Of a DNA stretch of 53,965 nt, positions 43,996 through 53,965 are shown one piece after another; the stretch's first letter is position 1; each line of letters opens with the position of its first letter. The position numbers and the translations under genes are program-made. Under the pieces are notes generated by a model. The model saw only the letters and a program-made list of their open reading frames with translations, was not told the DNA's origin and ran no database searches. Origin of the DNA: Lachnospiraceae bacterium UBA1258. Lineage in GTDB: Bacteria; Bacillota; Clostridia; Lachnospirales; Lachnospiraceae. The stretch spans positions 11,492-65,456 of the forward strand of contig DBVS01000065.1 in the NCBI GenBank assembly GCA_002308235.1, given 5' to 3'.

Positions 43996-44709
43996 TTATT
44001 TCGCATTTTCCGTGAATTCCACCACTGCAAAGGGATGTCCTTCCCGATCATTCAGAGAAACGGTGTGAAGCCCTGCGCCTGCGTAGTATACGGGACAGAT
44101 CTCGTTACCGAGGCGGGCCTGGGCCTTATATTCGACTCTTAACCTGTGAGGTGTGATCTCTTCCGGAAGCAGTTCCATTGCCATTCGCACGTACTGACCG
44201 TTGTTCACATGATGATTTGCATCAAGATGATGTTTTGAAACAATGAGCGGATCCAGGGCTTTGCCCTCTCCTTCAATCTTTATCTTACGGGGAAGGTACT
44301 CCATCTCAAGCTTAGGCTCCACAGGATACGCCTCCGCAACCTCTTTGGGCGTATTGACGGGAACCATGCGCTCCATATCAAGAAGAGTCCAGATGGTCTG
44401 GGCCACTGCCAGGCGGTTTCCCTTTGAATCGTCCATAAAGAAATTTCTGTATCCGAGAGGACCTTTGAGCATATAGGGAATCGTGCCGACAGTGACGCGC
44501 TCCCCCTCCTTCGGGTACCGGTTAACGTCGATCTGCCACATGTTTAAGACCCAGGCAAGTTTCTTGGGCTTAAGATAATCCATTCCGACACCCGAGTCAT
44601 CCGACTGAAACGTGGAACAGTCCTGAAAATAATCAAGAAGTGCCGTCAGCGTCAGATGCTGGTGTTCATCAACCTCACTGTAACGAATTCGACTTTCAAA
44701 AGTATACAT
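43996..44709 (-). CDS. Acyl-ACP thioesterase
   Basis: RIRYSEVD, YFQDCS, WVL and LDANHHVNNGQY. Start ATG 44709. Confidence 0.9.
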   Translation of the reverse strand: MYTFESRIRYSEVDEHQHLTLTALLDYFQDCSTFQSDDSGVGMDYLKPKKLAWVLNMWQIDVNRYPKEGERVTVGTIPYMLKGPLGYRNFFMDDSKGNRLAVAQTIWTLLDMERMVPVNTPKEVAEAYPVEPKLEMEYLPRKIKIEGEGKALDPLIVSKHHLDANHHVNNGQYVRMAMELLPEEITPHRLRVEYKAQARLGNEICPVYYAGAGLHTVSLNDREGHPFAVVEFTENAK

Positions 44710-44719
44710 ATTTCCCCCT

Positions 44720-46096
44720 TTAACCAACCAGATCGTGTATCCATATTTTCTTTTTCAGCATGATGGCACCGATCAGAACTTTAATAAAATCGATACAAAG
44801 CACGCAAAAATAGAGATACCCTATTGTCATGTTCGTAAAGCGGCTCAAAACATAGGCTACAGGCCAGCAGATAAGCCACAGATACGCCGAATCAAACAGA
44901 AACGTAATAAAAGTTTTTCCGCCGGAACGAAGCGTAAAGTATGCACAGTTAAGGAAAGCTCCCACCGGCATGAACAGGGCGGCAATCCTCATAAGCAAAG
45001 TCGCCAGTTTTCTTATGTCGTCCTCAGTATTGTAAAGCATGGGAAAAAGCGGCGCAAGAATGATGAGCAGGATTCCCAGTACCGTAGAAAGAAAAACGGA
45101 AAAAGCAATAAGCTTTCTGTCTGTATCCACCACATTCTTCATATCTCCGGAACCCAATATCTGCCCTATCATAATGGCAACCACCGAACCCATGGATATC
45201 ATGACCACGTTAAAGAGGTTGGTGATGACATTCGAAATATTAAAGGCGGCAACAACGCTTAAACCTCTGGTGGAATAACACTGGGTAAGGGCTGTCATGC
45301 CCATGGACCAAAGAAGCTCGTTTAAGAAAAGGGGTGTACCCTTTGCAATGATCTTAATAACAAGTTCTTTGGGGATCGTAAAGTGTTTGTAAAGGCCCTG
45401 GGCAAACTCGTTTTTCTCAAGATGTCTGTGGGTCCATGCGACCACGATCACCAGCTCCACCACTCTTGAAATGACAGTAGCCACGGCGGCGCCGGCAACA
45501 CCGAGCTTCGGTGCTCCGAAATGACCGAAAATTAGGATGTAGTTTAAAATAAGATTTACAAAGACCGCAACCAGTCCCGCTTTCATGGGGACCATGGTTT
45601 CACCGGACTCTCTTAATGTTCCCGCATAGCTCTGGGTATAAGCAAATGGAAGCATACCAAAGAGCATCACATTCATGTAGTTCTTTGCGTAATTAAGAGT
45701 AGCCACGGGATCTATGTCCTCTCCCTGCTCGTGAAGGAAAAGAGAGATCAGTGTTTCTTTGAAAAAGAACATGAAAAGAGCTGCGGCAATCGCGATCACC
45801 ACTGCCACAACTATCTTGAATCTCACAGTGTGCCTGATACCCTTGGGATTCTTCTGTCCCACATACTGGGCGGTAAATATTCCGGGACCCGATATGGCTC
45901 CGAAAATGGCAAGGTAGAACACAAACATGAGCTGGTTTACGATGGCAACACCCGACATCTGCTCTGTTCCGATGCTTCCGACCATGATATTGTCAAGGAG
46001 GCTCACGAAATTGGTGATGCCGTTTTGAATTATTATGGGGATTGCAACCGCGAGAACCTTCTTATAAAATTTCTTATCTCCGATATATTTGCTCAT
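44720..46096 (-). CDS. MATE-family efflux transporter
   Basis: AIPIIIQN..DNIMVG, NLILNYILIFG..PKLGVAGAAVATVISR; about 12 TMs. Start probably ATG 46096. Confidence 0.92.
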   Translation of the reverse strand: MSKYIGDKKFYKKVLAVAIPIIIQNGITNFVSLLDNIMVGSIGTEQMSGVAIVNQLMFVFYLAIFGAISGPGIFTAQYVGQKNPKGIRHTVRFKIVVAVVIAIAAALFMFFFKETLISLFLHEQGEDIDPVATLNYAKNYMNVMLFGMLPFAYTQSYAGTLRESGETMVPMKAGLVAVFVNLILNYILIFGHFGAPKLGVAGAAVATVISRVVELVIVVAWTHRHLEKNEFAQGLYKHFTIPKELVIKIIAKGTPLFLNELLWSMGMTALTQCYSTRGLSVVAAFNISNVITNLFNVVMISMGSVVAIMIGQILGSGDMKNVVDTDRKLIAFSVFLSTVLGILLIILAPLFPMLYNTEDDIRKLATLLMRIAALFMPVGAFLNCAYFTLRSGGKTFITFLFDSAYLWLICWPVAYVLSRFTNMTIGYLYFCVLCIDFIKVLIGAIMLKKKIWIHDLVG

Positions 46097-46321
46097 TCCG
46101 CTACAGAAACTTCCTCTCTCCGGACCTGTCCGTTCATACACGTTTCTTATCATTAACCCACAAAATCAAAAATGAGTCAAGCCTTTCCTTAATCTTATAC
46201 GTCCTCTGCAGTTTGGGAATATAGGTTACGTCGCAGTTTGTTGCGCATATTATTCGGTGTGTTGCGCAATAAGTTGTTGAAATTGCATTTATTCGCGGCG
46301 ATATCTTATTGCTTTTGTAAA

Positions 46322-46350
46322 TTGACAACAAAAAACGCGAATTTTATAAT
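46322..46350 (+). promoter_or_regulatory. Consensus sigma-A promoter of the sugar ABC operon
   Basis: TTGACA-N17-TATAAT, a perfect match. Confidence 0.88.
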
Positions 46351-46410
46351 GATTTTACAGCAAAAATCAACAAAAGCATTCTCGCTTCAATCCACAGACA
46401 AGAAAAGAAA

Positions 46411-46428
46411 TTGCGCAACATTGCGCAA
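46411..46428. promoter_or_regulatory. Putative LacI-family operator
   Basis: TTGCGCAA-CA-TTGCGCAA near-perfect palindrome; additional half-sites at 46241 and 46262; LacI gene at the end of the cluster. Confidence 0.7.
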
Positions 46429-46477
46429 CGTGTTATTCGTCGACATATCTGCTGAAGTCGGTATCGGGGAGATCGAA

Positions 46478-47410
46478 ATGAAAAAAAGCACAACCGGAAA
46501 GAAATTTTTCAAAAAACTATACAAATACAGATTTTTTCTTTTGATGTTGTCGCCGGCAATCATCTATACCCTTATCTTTGCTTATTACCCCATGTTCGGA
46601 ATAGTCATGGCTTTCAAAAAATATAACTATATCGACGGAATATGGGGAAGCCCCTGGAACGGTCTGAATAACTTCAAATTTTTCTTTAAATCGGGACAGG
46701 CCGGACTTGTAACAAGAAACACGGTTTTATATAACATTGCTTTTATCCTTTTAAGCACGGTTTTACAGGTAGCGGTTGCCGTCTTCCTCACAGAGATCCG
46801 AAATAAACGGTTCCGGAAGATCACACAATCCATGATGTTTCTTCCCTACTTTATTTCCTGGGTAATCGTGGGAGTAATGGCCTTCAACCTTTTCAGTTCG
46901 GATTACGGTTTCATTAACAACCTGATAAAGCTCTTCGGCGGCAAAAAAATTGCTTTTTACACAACTCCCTCCGCATGGCCGGGCATAATAATTTTCTTCA
47001 ATCTGTGGAAAGGCGTCGGATACGGCTCCGTCATGTATCTGGCTGCTATCATGGGAATCGACACCTCTATATATGAGGCCGCTTCCATAGACGGAGCAAA
47101 CGTCTTCCAAAGAATATTTAAGGTCACGATACCTATGATCATGCCGACCATGGTTATCCTGATCCTCATGGCCGTCGGCGGAATATTCAAAGGAAACTTT
47201 GATATGTTCTACAATCTGGTCGGAAACAACGGTTTGCTTTATGATTACACGGATGTTATTGACACGCTGACAAACAGAGCCCTGCTTACAAGCAAGGACT
47301 TCGGAATGGCTTCTGCGGTCGGCCTCTTCCAATCCGTACTTTGTTTCGTAACGGTCGTCATAGTAAACCGACTTGTCGGATTATATGACAAAGATTACAC
47401 ATTGTTTTAA
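46478..47410 (+). CDS. Carbohydrate ABC transporter permease
   Basis: GSPWNGLNNF, LPYFISWV and EAA motif IYEAASIDGA. Start ATG 46478. Confidence 0.93.
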   Translation: MKKSTTGKKFFKKLYKYRFFLLMLSPAIIYTLIFAYYPMFGIVMAFKKYNYIDGIWGSPWNGLNNFKFFFKSGQAGLVTRNTVLYNIAFILLSTVLQVAVAVFLTEIRNKRFRKITQSMMFLPYFISWVIVGVMAFNLFSSDYGFINNLIKLFGGKKIAFYTTPSAWPGIIIFFNLWKGVGYGSVMYLAAIMGIDTSIYEAASIDGANVFQRIFKVTIPMIMPTMVILILMAVGGIFKGNFDMFYNLVGNNGLLYDYTDVIDTLTNRALLTSKDFGMASAVGLFQSVLCFVTVVIVNRLVGLYDKDYTLF

Positions 47411-47421
47411 GGAGGCGGGGA

Positions 47422-48345
47422 ATGACAGGCGAAATCTCTTTGAAAAAAAAGAAACCGGGATCCGATGTGATTGCCTTGAATATCATGGCATACCTGTTTT
47501 GCTCACTGGTAGCCCTTTTATGTCTGCTGCCCTTTGTAATGATATTGACCGGTTCCTTTTCCTCGGAAGGTGCCATTATTCAAAACGGCTTCAGTCTGCG
47601 TATCCGGGAGTTCAGTCTCGATGCATACAAAACTGTATTCAAGCAGCCCGGAGTCGTATTCAAAGCCTATGCGGTTACCATAGGACTCACTCTTGCCGGT
47701 ACGACGATCGGACTCCTGCTTCAGACCATGACTGCATATGTACTGGCCCGTAAGGATTTTGAGTGGCGAAATATTTTTTCTTTTTTCTTTTACTTTACAA
47801 CCCTCTTCAGCGGTGGTCTGGTTCCCTACTATGTTTTGATGACTCGGACCTTGAAACTGGCAAACAACTATCTGGCTTTGCTTTTGCCTTTACTATTCAG
47901 CGTCTATAACCTGCTTGTAATGAAGAGTTATATCTCCTCGGTACCGGAATCCCTTGTGGATGCGGCCAAAATAGACGGCTGCGGTGAGTTCGGGACGTTA
48001 TTTAAGGTGGTTATGCCCCTGATACGTCCCGCTCTCGCTACCGTCGGACTTTTCATCGCCCTTGCCTACTGGAATGACTGGTACAATGCTATGCTCTATA
48101 TTGACGATTCTTCAAAATACCCGCTTCAGTATTTCCTCTATGAAAAAGTAAACGGAATCGAAGCCTATAAAAAGATGATTTCCAACAACGCTGTCAACAG
48201 TGCGGTCATTACATCCATGTCACTGCCGACGCAAACCTTAAAGATGGCCCTTACCATCGTCGTTACGGGACCCATCGTTCTTGCTTTTCCCATTGTACAA
48301 AAATATTTTGTGCAAGGTATCACCATAGGTGCGGTCAAGGGATAA
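47422..48345 (+). CDS. Carbohydrate ABC transporter permease
   Basis: FSGGLVP.Y, VPESLVDAAKIDG, WNDW and QKYFVQGITIGAVKG. Confidence 0.93.
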   Translation: MTGEISLKKKKPGSDVIALNIMAYLFCSLVALLCLLPFVMILTGSFSSEGAIIQNGFSLRIREFSLDAYKTVFKQPGVVFKAYAVTIGLTLAGTTIGLLLQTMTAYVLARKDFEWRNIFSFFFYFTTLFSGGLVPYYVLMTRTLKLANNYLALLLPLLFSVYNLLVMKSYISSVPESLVDAAKIDGCGEFGTLFKVVMPLIRPALATVGLFIALAYWNDWYNAMLYIDDSSKYPLQYFLYEKVNGIEAYKKMISNNAVNSAVITSMSLPTQTLKMALTIVVTGPIVLAFPIVQKYFVQGITIGAVKG

Positions 48346-48433
48346 TTTGTGAAACGAAGATCTGGCCCATGCCGAAATCTCCGTCAAGAACGCGGAACCG
48401 AAGGGCTTATCGATAAACAATAAGGAGGATTCT

Positions 48434-49987
48434 ATGAAAAAGAACATGAAAAAGTTAACGGCACTTTTACTCGGCGCAATAATGGCTGTAAGTATGCTTG
48501 CCGGCTGCGGTTCTTCGAGCAAGAAGAATGCAGAAGTGAACGACAACGGAGAATTAGTGGTAGACACATCCGAACACGTGGATTTAAAAATGTATCTCAT
48601 CGGTGACAGAACGCCCGATTTTGATGAGGTGTACGGAAAGATCAACGAAATTCTCGAGAAAAAATTAAACTGCTCCCTCAGCGTGGATTTCCTTTCCTGG
48701 GGTGAGCATGATACGAAGTATTCCCTTCTTTTTTCACAGAACAAAGACTTCGATCTTATCTTCACCGCTTCCAGCTGGTGCCACTATGAGCAGACAGTTG
48801 CTTTGAAGGGATTCTACGCTTTAAGCGAAGACTTTATCAAAACCTATGCACCCGACATCTGGAAGGTTGTTCCCGAAATGGCCTGGGATCAGGCAAAAAT
48901 AGACGGAAACATCTATATGGTTCCCAACTACCAGAACCAATTCGGTCAGGATGTAATGGCAATCCGCGGCGATCTGATGGAAAAATACGGTGTCAGTCAA
49001 ATTACAAACTGGGATGAGTTGATGACCTTCTACAAAGCATGCGCGGCTGCGAACGACGGAATTTATGCAAGTCAGGGCAGCCCTTCTTACCAGTATTTCC
49101 AGAGCAAGGGACTTACAACCACCGGCGGAGCTCCCAAGAGCGGAGAATTGATCTTATACAACACTCAGGACCCTTCGGATTTAAGTTTTACCTACGTACT
49201 TGACTGGGACGGCTTTACTGATTATTGCAAGCAGATGAAGGAACTTGCGGTGGCCGGCGCATGGTCTCCCGATGTACTTAATTCCACAGACGAAAGACAG
49301 GACGGTCTTCTTAACGGAAGAACCGCAACCATGACCTGGAACCTGGGAACCTGCAGAACTTATGCAAAACAGGCCGAAAGTGAACATCCGGAATGGAAAA
49401 TGACCCTTATCGACCCTGTTGCCACAATGCCCAAAAAGGTTAATTCCTACATAAACAACGGTGTAGCCATCAATTCAAGAAGTAAAAACAAAGAAAGAGC
49501 CATGATGGTTCTCAATGAATTCTACACAAATCCCGAAGTATATGACCTTGCTTACCTCGGAATAGAAGGAAAGCACTGGGAAGCTGTAGGCACGGACCAG
49601 TATAAGGTAATAGACGAAAGCGGTTACGGAGTGGATGCCAACTGTAACTGGGGCTGGACCAACACCACCATCAGAAGAACCGAATATATCGAAAACAAGA
49701 CGGATGTCGACAAGCGCTACGATGAGTTGGATGATGCTTTCAACGCCAATGTAAAGAAAGATCATATTTACGATGGCTTCAACTTTGATTCTACCAACGT
49801 TTCCACTCAGTTTGCAGCAGTTGAAGCAGCAGTGGGTAAGTACTTCGATCCTCTTTCAAACGGTCTTGTTGATGACGTTGACGCATCACTTGCAGAATTC
49901 AGAGCAGCACTTGAAAGTGCCGGAATCCGCGACATTATCGCAGAGCTCGAAAAACAGGCAAAGGAATATGTAGATTCCAAAAAATAA
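48434..49987 (+). CDS. Carbohydrate ABC transporter substrate-binding lipoprotein
   Basis: Lipobox LAGC; IDGNIYMVP, LGIEGKHW; DUF3502-like C-terminus. Confidence 0.92.
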   Translation: MKKNMKKLTALLLGAIMAVSMLAGCGSSSKKNAEVNDNGELVVDTSEHVDLKMYLIGDRTPDFDEVYGKINEILEKKLNCSLSVDFLSWGEHDTKYSLLFSQNKDFDLIFTASSWCHYEQTVALKGFYALSEDFIKTYAPDIWKVVPEMAWDQAKIDGNIYMVPNYQNQFGQDVMAIRGDLMEKYGVSQITNWDELMTFYKACAAANDGIYASQGSPSYQYFQSKGLTTTGGAPKSGELILYNTQDPSDLSFTYVLDWDGFTDYCKQMKELAVAGAWSPDVLNSTDERQDGLLNGRTATMTWNLGTCRTYAKQAESEHPEWKMTLIDPVATMPKKVNSYINNGVAINSRSKNKERAMMVLNEFYTNPEVYDLAYLGIEGKHWEAVGTDQYKVIDESGYGVDANCNWGWTNTTIRRTEYIENKTDVDKRYDELDDAFNANVKKDHIYDGFNFDSTNVSTQFAAVEAAVGKYFDPLSNGLVDDVDASLAEFRAALESAGIRDIIAELEKQAKEYVDSKK

Positions 49988-50070
49988 CGCAATACAGCTT
50001 TACCGATTCACTTTTTGTTAAATGATGTACCGGAACAGAATTGCGGATAACAAAAACACAGGAGTACAAA

Positions 50071-52341
50071 ATGCATTACAGTCTTGACATCTCCAAAGTA
50101 AATAACAAGGAAATCCGTTCCCTCGGGACGGATTTCCGGGGAAAAAGCAAAAACGGAGACGAAATCTCTTTTAATAATTATTACCCGGAAAAAAACGGTA
50201 AACCCTTCTTCGGTATCAGCGGCGAATTTCATTTCAGCCGCGTATCCGCCTCCGATTGGGAAGATGAACTTATCAAGATGAAACTCTGCGGTGTAAATGT
50301 GGTGTCCACATATCTGTTCTGGATTCATCATGAGGAAGAAGAGGGGATTTTTGATTTCAGCGGAAGAAATGACATAAGACGTTTTGTCAAACTTTGTGAA
50401 AAGCATGGTTTATACGTCATCCTCAGGATCGGTCCCTTCGACCACGGAGAGGTAAGAAACGGGGGGCTTCCGGACTGGCTTTACGGAAAACCCTTTACTG
50501 TAAGAACCACGGAAGAAGGCTTTCTTTCCTGCACAAAGAAGTTTTATTCCAAGATAGCCGAACAGGTTTCAGACCTGTTCTTTAAGGATAACGGACCCAT
50601 TATAGGGATCCAGCTTGACAACGAATACATGCACTCCTCCGCTCCCTGGGAAATGACTGCGGGAGTGTCCGATGAGTGGGTATTCGGCGGTAACGAAGGA
50701 CAGGCATATATGCTTGCTCTTAAAAAAATGGCCATGGAATGCGGCCTTATCCCGGCAGTATATACCGCAACCGCCTGGGGCGGTGCGGTGGCGCCGGACT
50801 CTTTTCTTCCTCTGTGGGGCGGATATGCCTACAGACCCTGGATCTTCTACTCTCATAAGGGTGAACATCCCGCCACGGAAGAATATATTTATCAGGATTA
50901 TCACAACAATGATGTTGTCTGCACGGATGATTTCCGTCCGGCCTACAAGCCGGAGGACAGACCCTACGCCTGCTGTGAGATGGGCGGAGGTATGACCTGC
51001 TGTTACTACTACCGATTTAAGTTCCCGGGAAAGGCCGTTGACGCTCTTTCCAACATCAAAATTGCCTCAGGCTGCAATTTCCTGGGGTACTATATGTTCC
51101 ACGGCGGCACAAATCCCGTGGGCAAACACGGAACCTTCATGAATGAAGGGCAGACTCCGAAAATTACTTATGATTATCAGGCTGCTTTGGGAGAATTCGG
51201 CCAGGAGCGGGAATCCTACAGACGTGCAAAAAGCATCCACTGCTTTGCAACCTCCTTCGCCGACAGACTTTGTCCTCTTCCTACCCTATTGCCTGAAGGT
51301 GCAAGCAATATAAATCCCGAAGATATGGAAACCCTCAGATTTGCTGTTCGTACCGACGGTAATCGCGGCTTCCTGTTTATAAACAATTTCCAGGATCACA
51401 GAAGCATGCCGGACAGAACCGATGAGCATGTAAAGTTGCTTTTAAAAGACGAAACATTAGATTTTGATTTCGGAATATCCGGAGATGAAAACGCTGTTCT
51501 TCCCTTTCACTTTGACATGAACGGAATAGATTTGATAAAAGCAACGGCTCAACCGATAACGGTCCTTCATGAATCCGATAAAGAAACCTTTGTCTTCTTC
51601 GTTCCGGATGGCATGCGCGGACAGTTTTGGTTTGAAGAAGGCACAAAGATTGACGGTGACGACAAAGCATTATACAATTGTCTGGAACACTGCGAGTGCG
51701 AAAGTTTTACCGTTTCCAAGGCGGATAAAAGCGCTCACGTTCTTGTAATAGACCGCCGGATGGCAAATGATCTTTTTATCACCGAATCCGGTGGGCTTAT
51801 CTTTACCGATGCGGCACTTTTGGAGGATCAAAAGGGGTTTCGTCTGGAAACCGAAAATGCCGTAAACAGGATATACTCCTATCCCGCCGATGCTTTGGCA
51901 GGTTGTAAAAATGTCAGAAGGCTGTCCGACAATAAGGGTTGCCTTGGCTCTTATGAGCTTAAGACCCGGGAAATAAACATAGTTCCCGAAGTGATTTCGG
52001 TTTCTTTCGGAAAATACAGAATAAAACTCCCTCAGAACTTTATGCGGGATTTGAAAAATATGCGACTCGTCATCGATTACATCGGTGACATCGGAAGTGC
52101 CTTCCTTAACGGAAAAATGATCCATGACAACTTCTCAAACGGCGAAGTTTGGGAGATCGGCCTGAAGGAATATGCCAAAGAACTTGAGACCGGAGAATTG
52201 ACTCTTTATATAGCTCCCTTAAAGAAAGGGGCAAAGGTCAGCGTCGAATCAGCAATGGCCGCGCGGATGGAGCATGTTGACGAATTGGTGGGTGAACTTT
52301 ATTCCGTAAAAGCCCGTCCCGTATATGAAATCGCATTTTAA
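50071..52341 (+). CDS. Glycoside hydrolase family 35 beta-galactosidase
   Basis: SGEFHFSR, TYLFWIHHE, LRIGPF..GE..NGGLPDWL, GIQLDNEY, CEMGGG, YYMFHGGTN and YDYQA. Start ATG 50071. Confidence 0.92.
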   Translation: MHYSLDISKVNNKEIRSLGTDFRGKSKNGDEISFNNYYPEKNGKPFFGISGEFHFSRVSASDWEDELIKMKLCGVNVVSTYLFWIHHEEEEGIFDFSGRNDIRRFVKLCEKHGLYVILRIGPFDHGEVRNGGLPDWLYGKPFTVRTTEEGFLSCTKKFYSKIAEQVSDLFFKDNGPIIGIQLDNEYMHSSAPWEMTAGVSDEWVFGGNEGQAYMLALKKMAMECGLIPAVYTATAWGGAVAPDSFLPLWGGYAYRPWIFYSHKGEHPATEEYIYQDYHNNDVVCTDDFRPAYKPEDRPYACCEMGGGMTCCYYYRFKFPGKAVDALSNIKIASGCNFLGYYMFHGGTNPVGKHGTFMNEGQTPKITYDYQAALGEFGQERESYRRAKSIHCFATSFADRLCPLPTLLPEGASNINPEDMETLRFAVRTDGNRGFLFINNFQDHRSMPDRTDEHVKLLLKDETLDFDFGISGDENAVLPFHFDMNGIDLIKATAQPITVLHESDKETFVFFVPDGMRGQFWFEEGTKIDGDDKALYNCLEHCECESFTVSKADKSAHVLVIDRRMANDLFITESGGLIFTDAALLEDQKGFRLETENAVNRIYSYPADALAGCKNVRRLSDNKGCLGSYELKTREINIVPEVISVSFGKYRIKLPQNFMRDLKNMRLVIDYIGDIGSAFLNGKMIHDNFSNGEVWEIGLKEYAKELETGELTLYIAPLKKGAKVSVESAMAARMEHVDELVGELYSVKARPVYEIAF

Positions 52342-52357
52342 ACAGACACTGTCGACA

Positions 52358-52389
52358 AGAGGGCTGCTACGAAGGTAGCGGCTCTTTTT
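52358..52389 (+). terminator. Intrinsic terminator
   Basis: GGCTGCTAC-gaag-GTAGCGGCT stem followed by a T-run. Confidence 0.75.
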
Positions 52390-52417
52390 GAAAACATAAG
52401 CAAAGAGGTAAGAAAAC

Positions 52418-53452
52418 ATGACAATGGATGAAATCGCCAAAAGTCTGGGTGTGTCAAAAAGCACGGTTTCCAGAGCCCTTTCCGGAAAAGGCAGGATCGG
52501 CAAAAACAAAAGGCAGGAGATCATCGAATTTGCAAAACAAAACGGTATTACCGTAACCGAGGAAAAAACCGTTTCTTCTTCCGCAAAGAAAATCTCCCCG
52601 GAAAACAATAATGAATCACCCATTATTACCCGAAATCTGGGTGTGGTTTTTCCTTCCGACGTTTATTTCAACGGAAGTCCTTTTTTCTACGAATGTCTCT
52701 TGGGAATATATGAAGCGGCTTCACTCATGGATTATAACGTTATAGTTACGACTGCAGCCGCAAATGATATGACAGGAATTCAAAAACTTCTGGATGAAAA
52801 ACATATAGACGGTCTGATTTTAACAAGAAATATGGAAGATGAACACTTCCTGAAGCAGCTCACCGACAGACACTTTCCCGTCGGATTGACAGGACGCTGC
52901 GAAAACCCGGATGTCATCCAGGTAGATGCGGATAACTCCCTTGCTGCGGAAAATCTGGTTTCTCTACTGGTGGGAGAAGGATATCGTAAATTCGCCATCG
53001 TAACGGACAATATGACCTTTATGGTAAATCAGGCCCGATACGAAGGCTTTTGCCGGGGGATCCTCAAAAGCGGCCTTTCCCGCGATAACCAGGAATTCTA
53101 CTCGGGAAAATTAAGCTCTGAACTGCTTGAAACGGTTATGGATGATGTGATGGCGAAGAAGGTTGAATGTGTGATCTGCGGTGATGACGTAATCTGCACA
53201 AAACTTATGTCAAAGTTTCAATCCGCCGGATACCGCATACCAAAAGATATAGCAATAGCGTCCCTATACAACAGCTACAGCCTTGAATGCTTTACACCCA
53301 CGGTAACCTCCGTAAATATCTCCGCAAGAACAATGGGTAACATGATAGGCCGTCAGTTGATACAGTATATTCAGGGCGCAAGTGTGCCCGTGAAAACCTT
53401 TTTGGATTATGAAATCCTTTTAAGAAAATCCACGGGCAGAAAGAAAAACTGA
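52418..53452 (+). CDS. LacI-family transcriptional regulator
   Basis: MTMDEIAKSLGVSKSTVSRALSG HTH; IDGLIL, IPKDIAI and LRKST. Confidence 0.93.
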   Translation: MTMDEIAKSLGVSKSTVSRALSGKGRIGKNKRQEIIEFAKQNGITVTEEKTVSSSAKKISPENNNESPIITRNLGVVFPSDVYFNGSPFFYECLLGIYEAASLMDYNVIVTTAAANDMTGIQKLLDEKHIDGLILTRNMEDEHFLKQLTDRHFPVGLTGRCENPDVIQVDADNSLAAENLVSLLVGEGYRKFAIVTDNMTFMVNQARYEGFCRGILKSGLSRDNQEFYSGKLSSELLETVMDDVMAKKVECVICGDDVICTKLMSKFQSAGYRIPKDIAIASLYNSYSLECFTPTVTSVNISARTMGNMIGRQLIQYIQGASVPVKTFLDYEILLRKSTGRKKN

Positions 53453-53453
53453 T

Positions 53454-53960
53454 CTATTTCCAAAACTTCTTTTTTCCGTCACCCGAATCCTTGCCCGAGG
53501 CTCCCGCATTCTTAACTGCGTTTAAGGAGTCTCCGGAGATCGCATCGAACTGCTTGAGCAGTTCTTTTGCTTCTTTGGAAAGTTTTTCGGGTGTCTGTAC
53601 GACCAATGTTATGTAGTGGTCGCCTCTTACATCACGATATCTGAGGGAAGGAACTCCTTTGCCCTTAAGTCTTACCCTGGTCCCGGTCTGGGTTCCGGGC
53701 TTAACCTCGTAAGCCACTTTACCGTCCACCGTATCTATGAGCACTTCACCGCCGAGAGCCGCAATTGCAAAGGAAATGGGCACTTCGGTGAAGATATCTC
53801 TGTCTCTTCTCTGGAATAAGGGATGCTCGCCCACGATAACTTCAACAAGCAAGTCTCCCCTTTCACCGCCGTTTACACCGGGTTCACCCTTACCGGTTAT
53901 GCGTACGCACTGACCGTTATCGATACCTGCGGGGATCGATACGGAAATCTTCTTACGGCT
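53454..53960 (-). CDS. dnaJ: Chaperone DnaJ, C-terminal part (5' portion not in window)
   Basis: [40 protein letters not shown] and [13 protein letters not shown]. Confidence 0.9.
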   Translation of the reverse strand, partial: SRKKISVSIPAGIDNGQCVRITGKGEPGVNGGERGDLLVEVIVGEHPLFQRRDRDIFTEVPISFAIAALGGEVLIDTVDGKVAYEVKPGTQTGTRVRLKGKGVPSLRYRDVRGDHYITLVVQTPEKLSKEAKELLKQFDAISGDSLNAVKNAGASGKDSGDGKKKFWK

Positions 53961-53965
53961 TTAAA

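Noticed and set aside
46238-46477. N-terminal extensions in the ORF track (e.g. starts at 46238, 919, 8196, 18076, 20220, 38721)
   Set aside because: They run through promoters, operators or neighbouring genes; downstream ATGs with SD sequences fit the families better.
53961-53965. In-frame TAA upstream of the dnaJ fragment, suggesting a pseudogene
   Set aside because: It lies in the last five bases of the window and one extra A would restore the frame. An edge or assembly artefact cannot be separated from a real lesion.
1-53965. CRISPR array, tRNA/rRNA, transposase, integrase or prophage genes
   Set aside because: No regularly spaced repeats, RNA gene signatures or mobile-element proteins were recognised.

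Overview
About 54 kb of Lachnospiraceae-like (Clostridia) chromosome, mostly housekeeping plus carbohydrate genes. From left to right: murC (partial), a DnaA-box cluster ahead of DnaD-like/DnaC-like/prs genes, a moxR-DUF58 operon, upp/rpiB/sua5, a GH18 gene, mecA, three radical SAM genes, a giant VWA protein with an Ig-like partner, a chemoreceptor, a LexA-box-controlled TIGR03916/TIGR03915-like pair, GH2 and GH35 galactosidase loci with an ABC importer and LacI regulator, a glutaminase-less GMP synthase, and dnaJ (partial). The most striking item is a self-contained two-gene operon (18901-21509, minus strand). It encodes a radical SAM enzyme with an RRE-like N-terminus and a truncated SPASM (twitch-like) C-terminus. 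This gene is translationally coupled to a signal-peptide, single-pass membrane protein whose predicted cytoplasmic tail ends in a 10-Cys low-complexity motif (SSCAHSSCAHSSCACAHSCACACACACAGGGRAGC), a candidate RiPP-like modification system acting on a full-length membrane protein. Other leads are a ~270-nt highly structured RNA candidate followed by an unlisted 59-aa ORF, a branched palindromic element bounded by a 12-bp duplication of the GMP synthase 3' end, and several structured leaders. No rRNA, tRNA, CRISPR array, transposase or integrase was seen. All family assignments are by eye from motifs; no database search was run.
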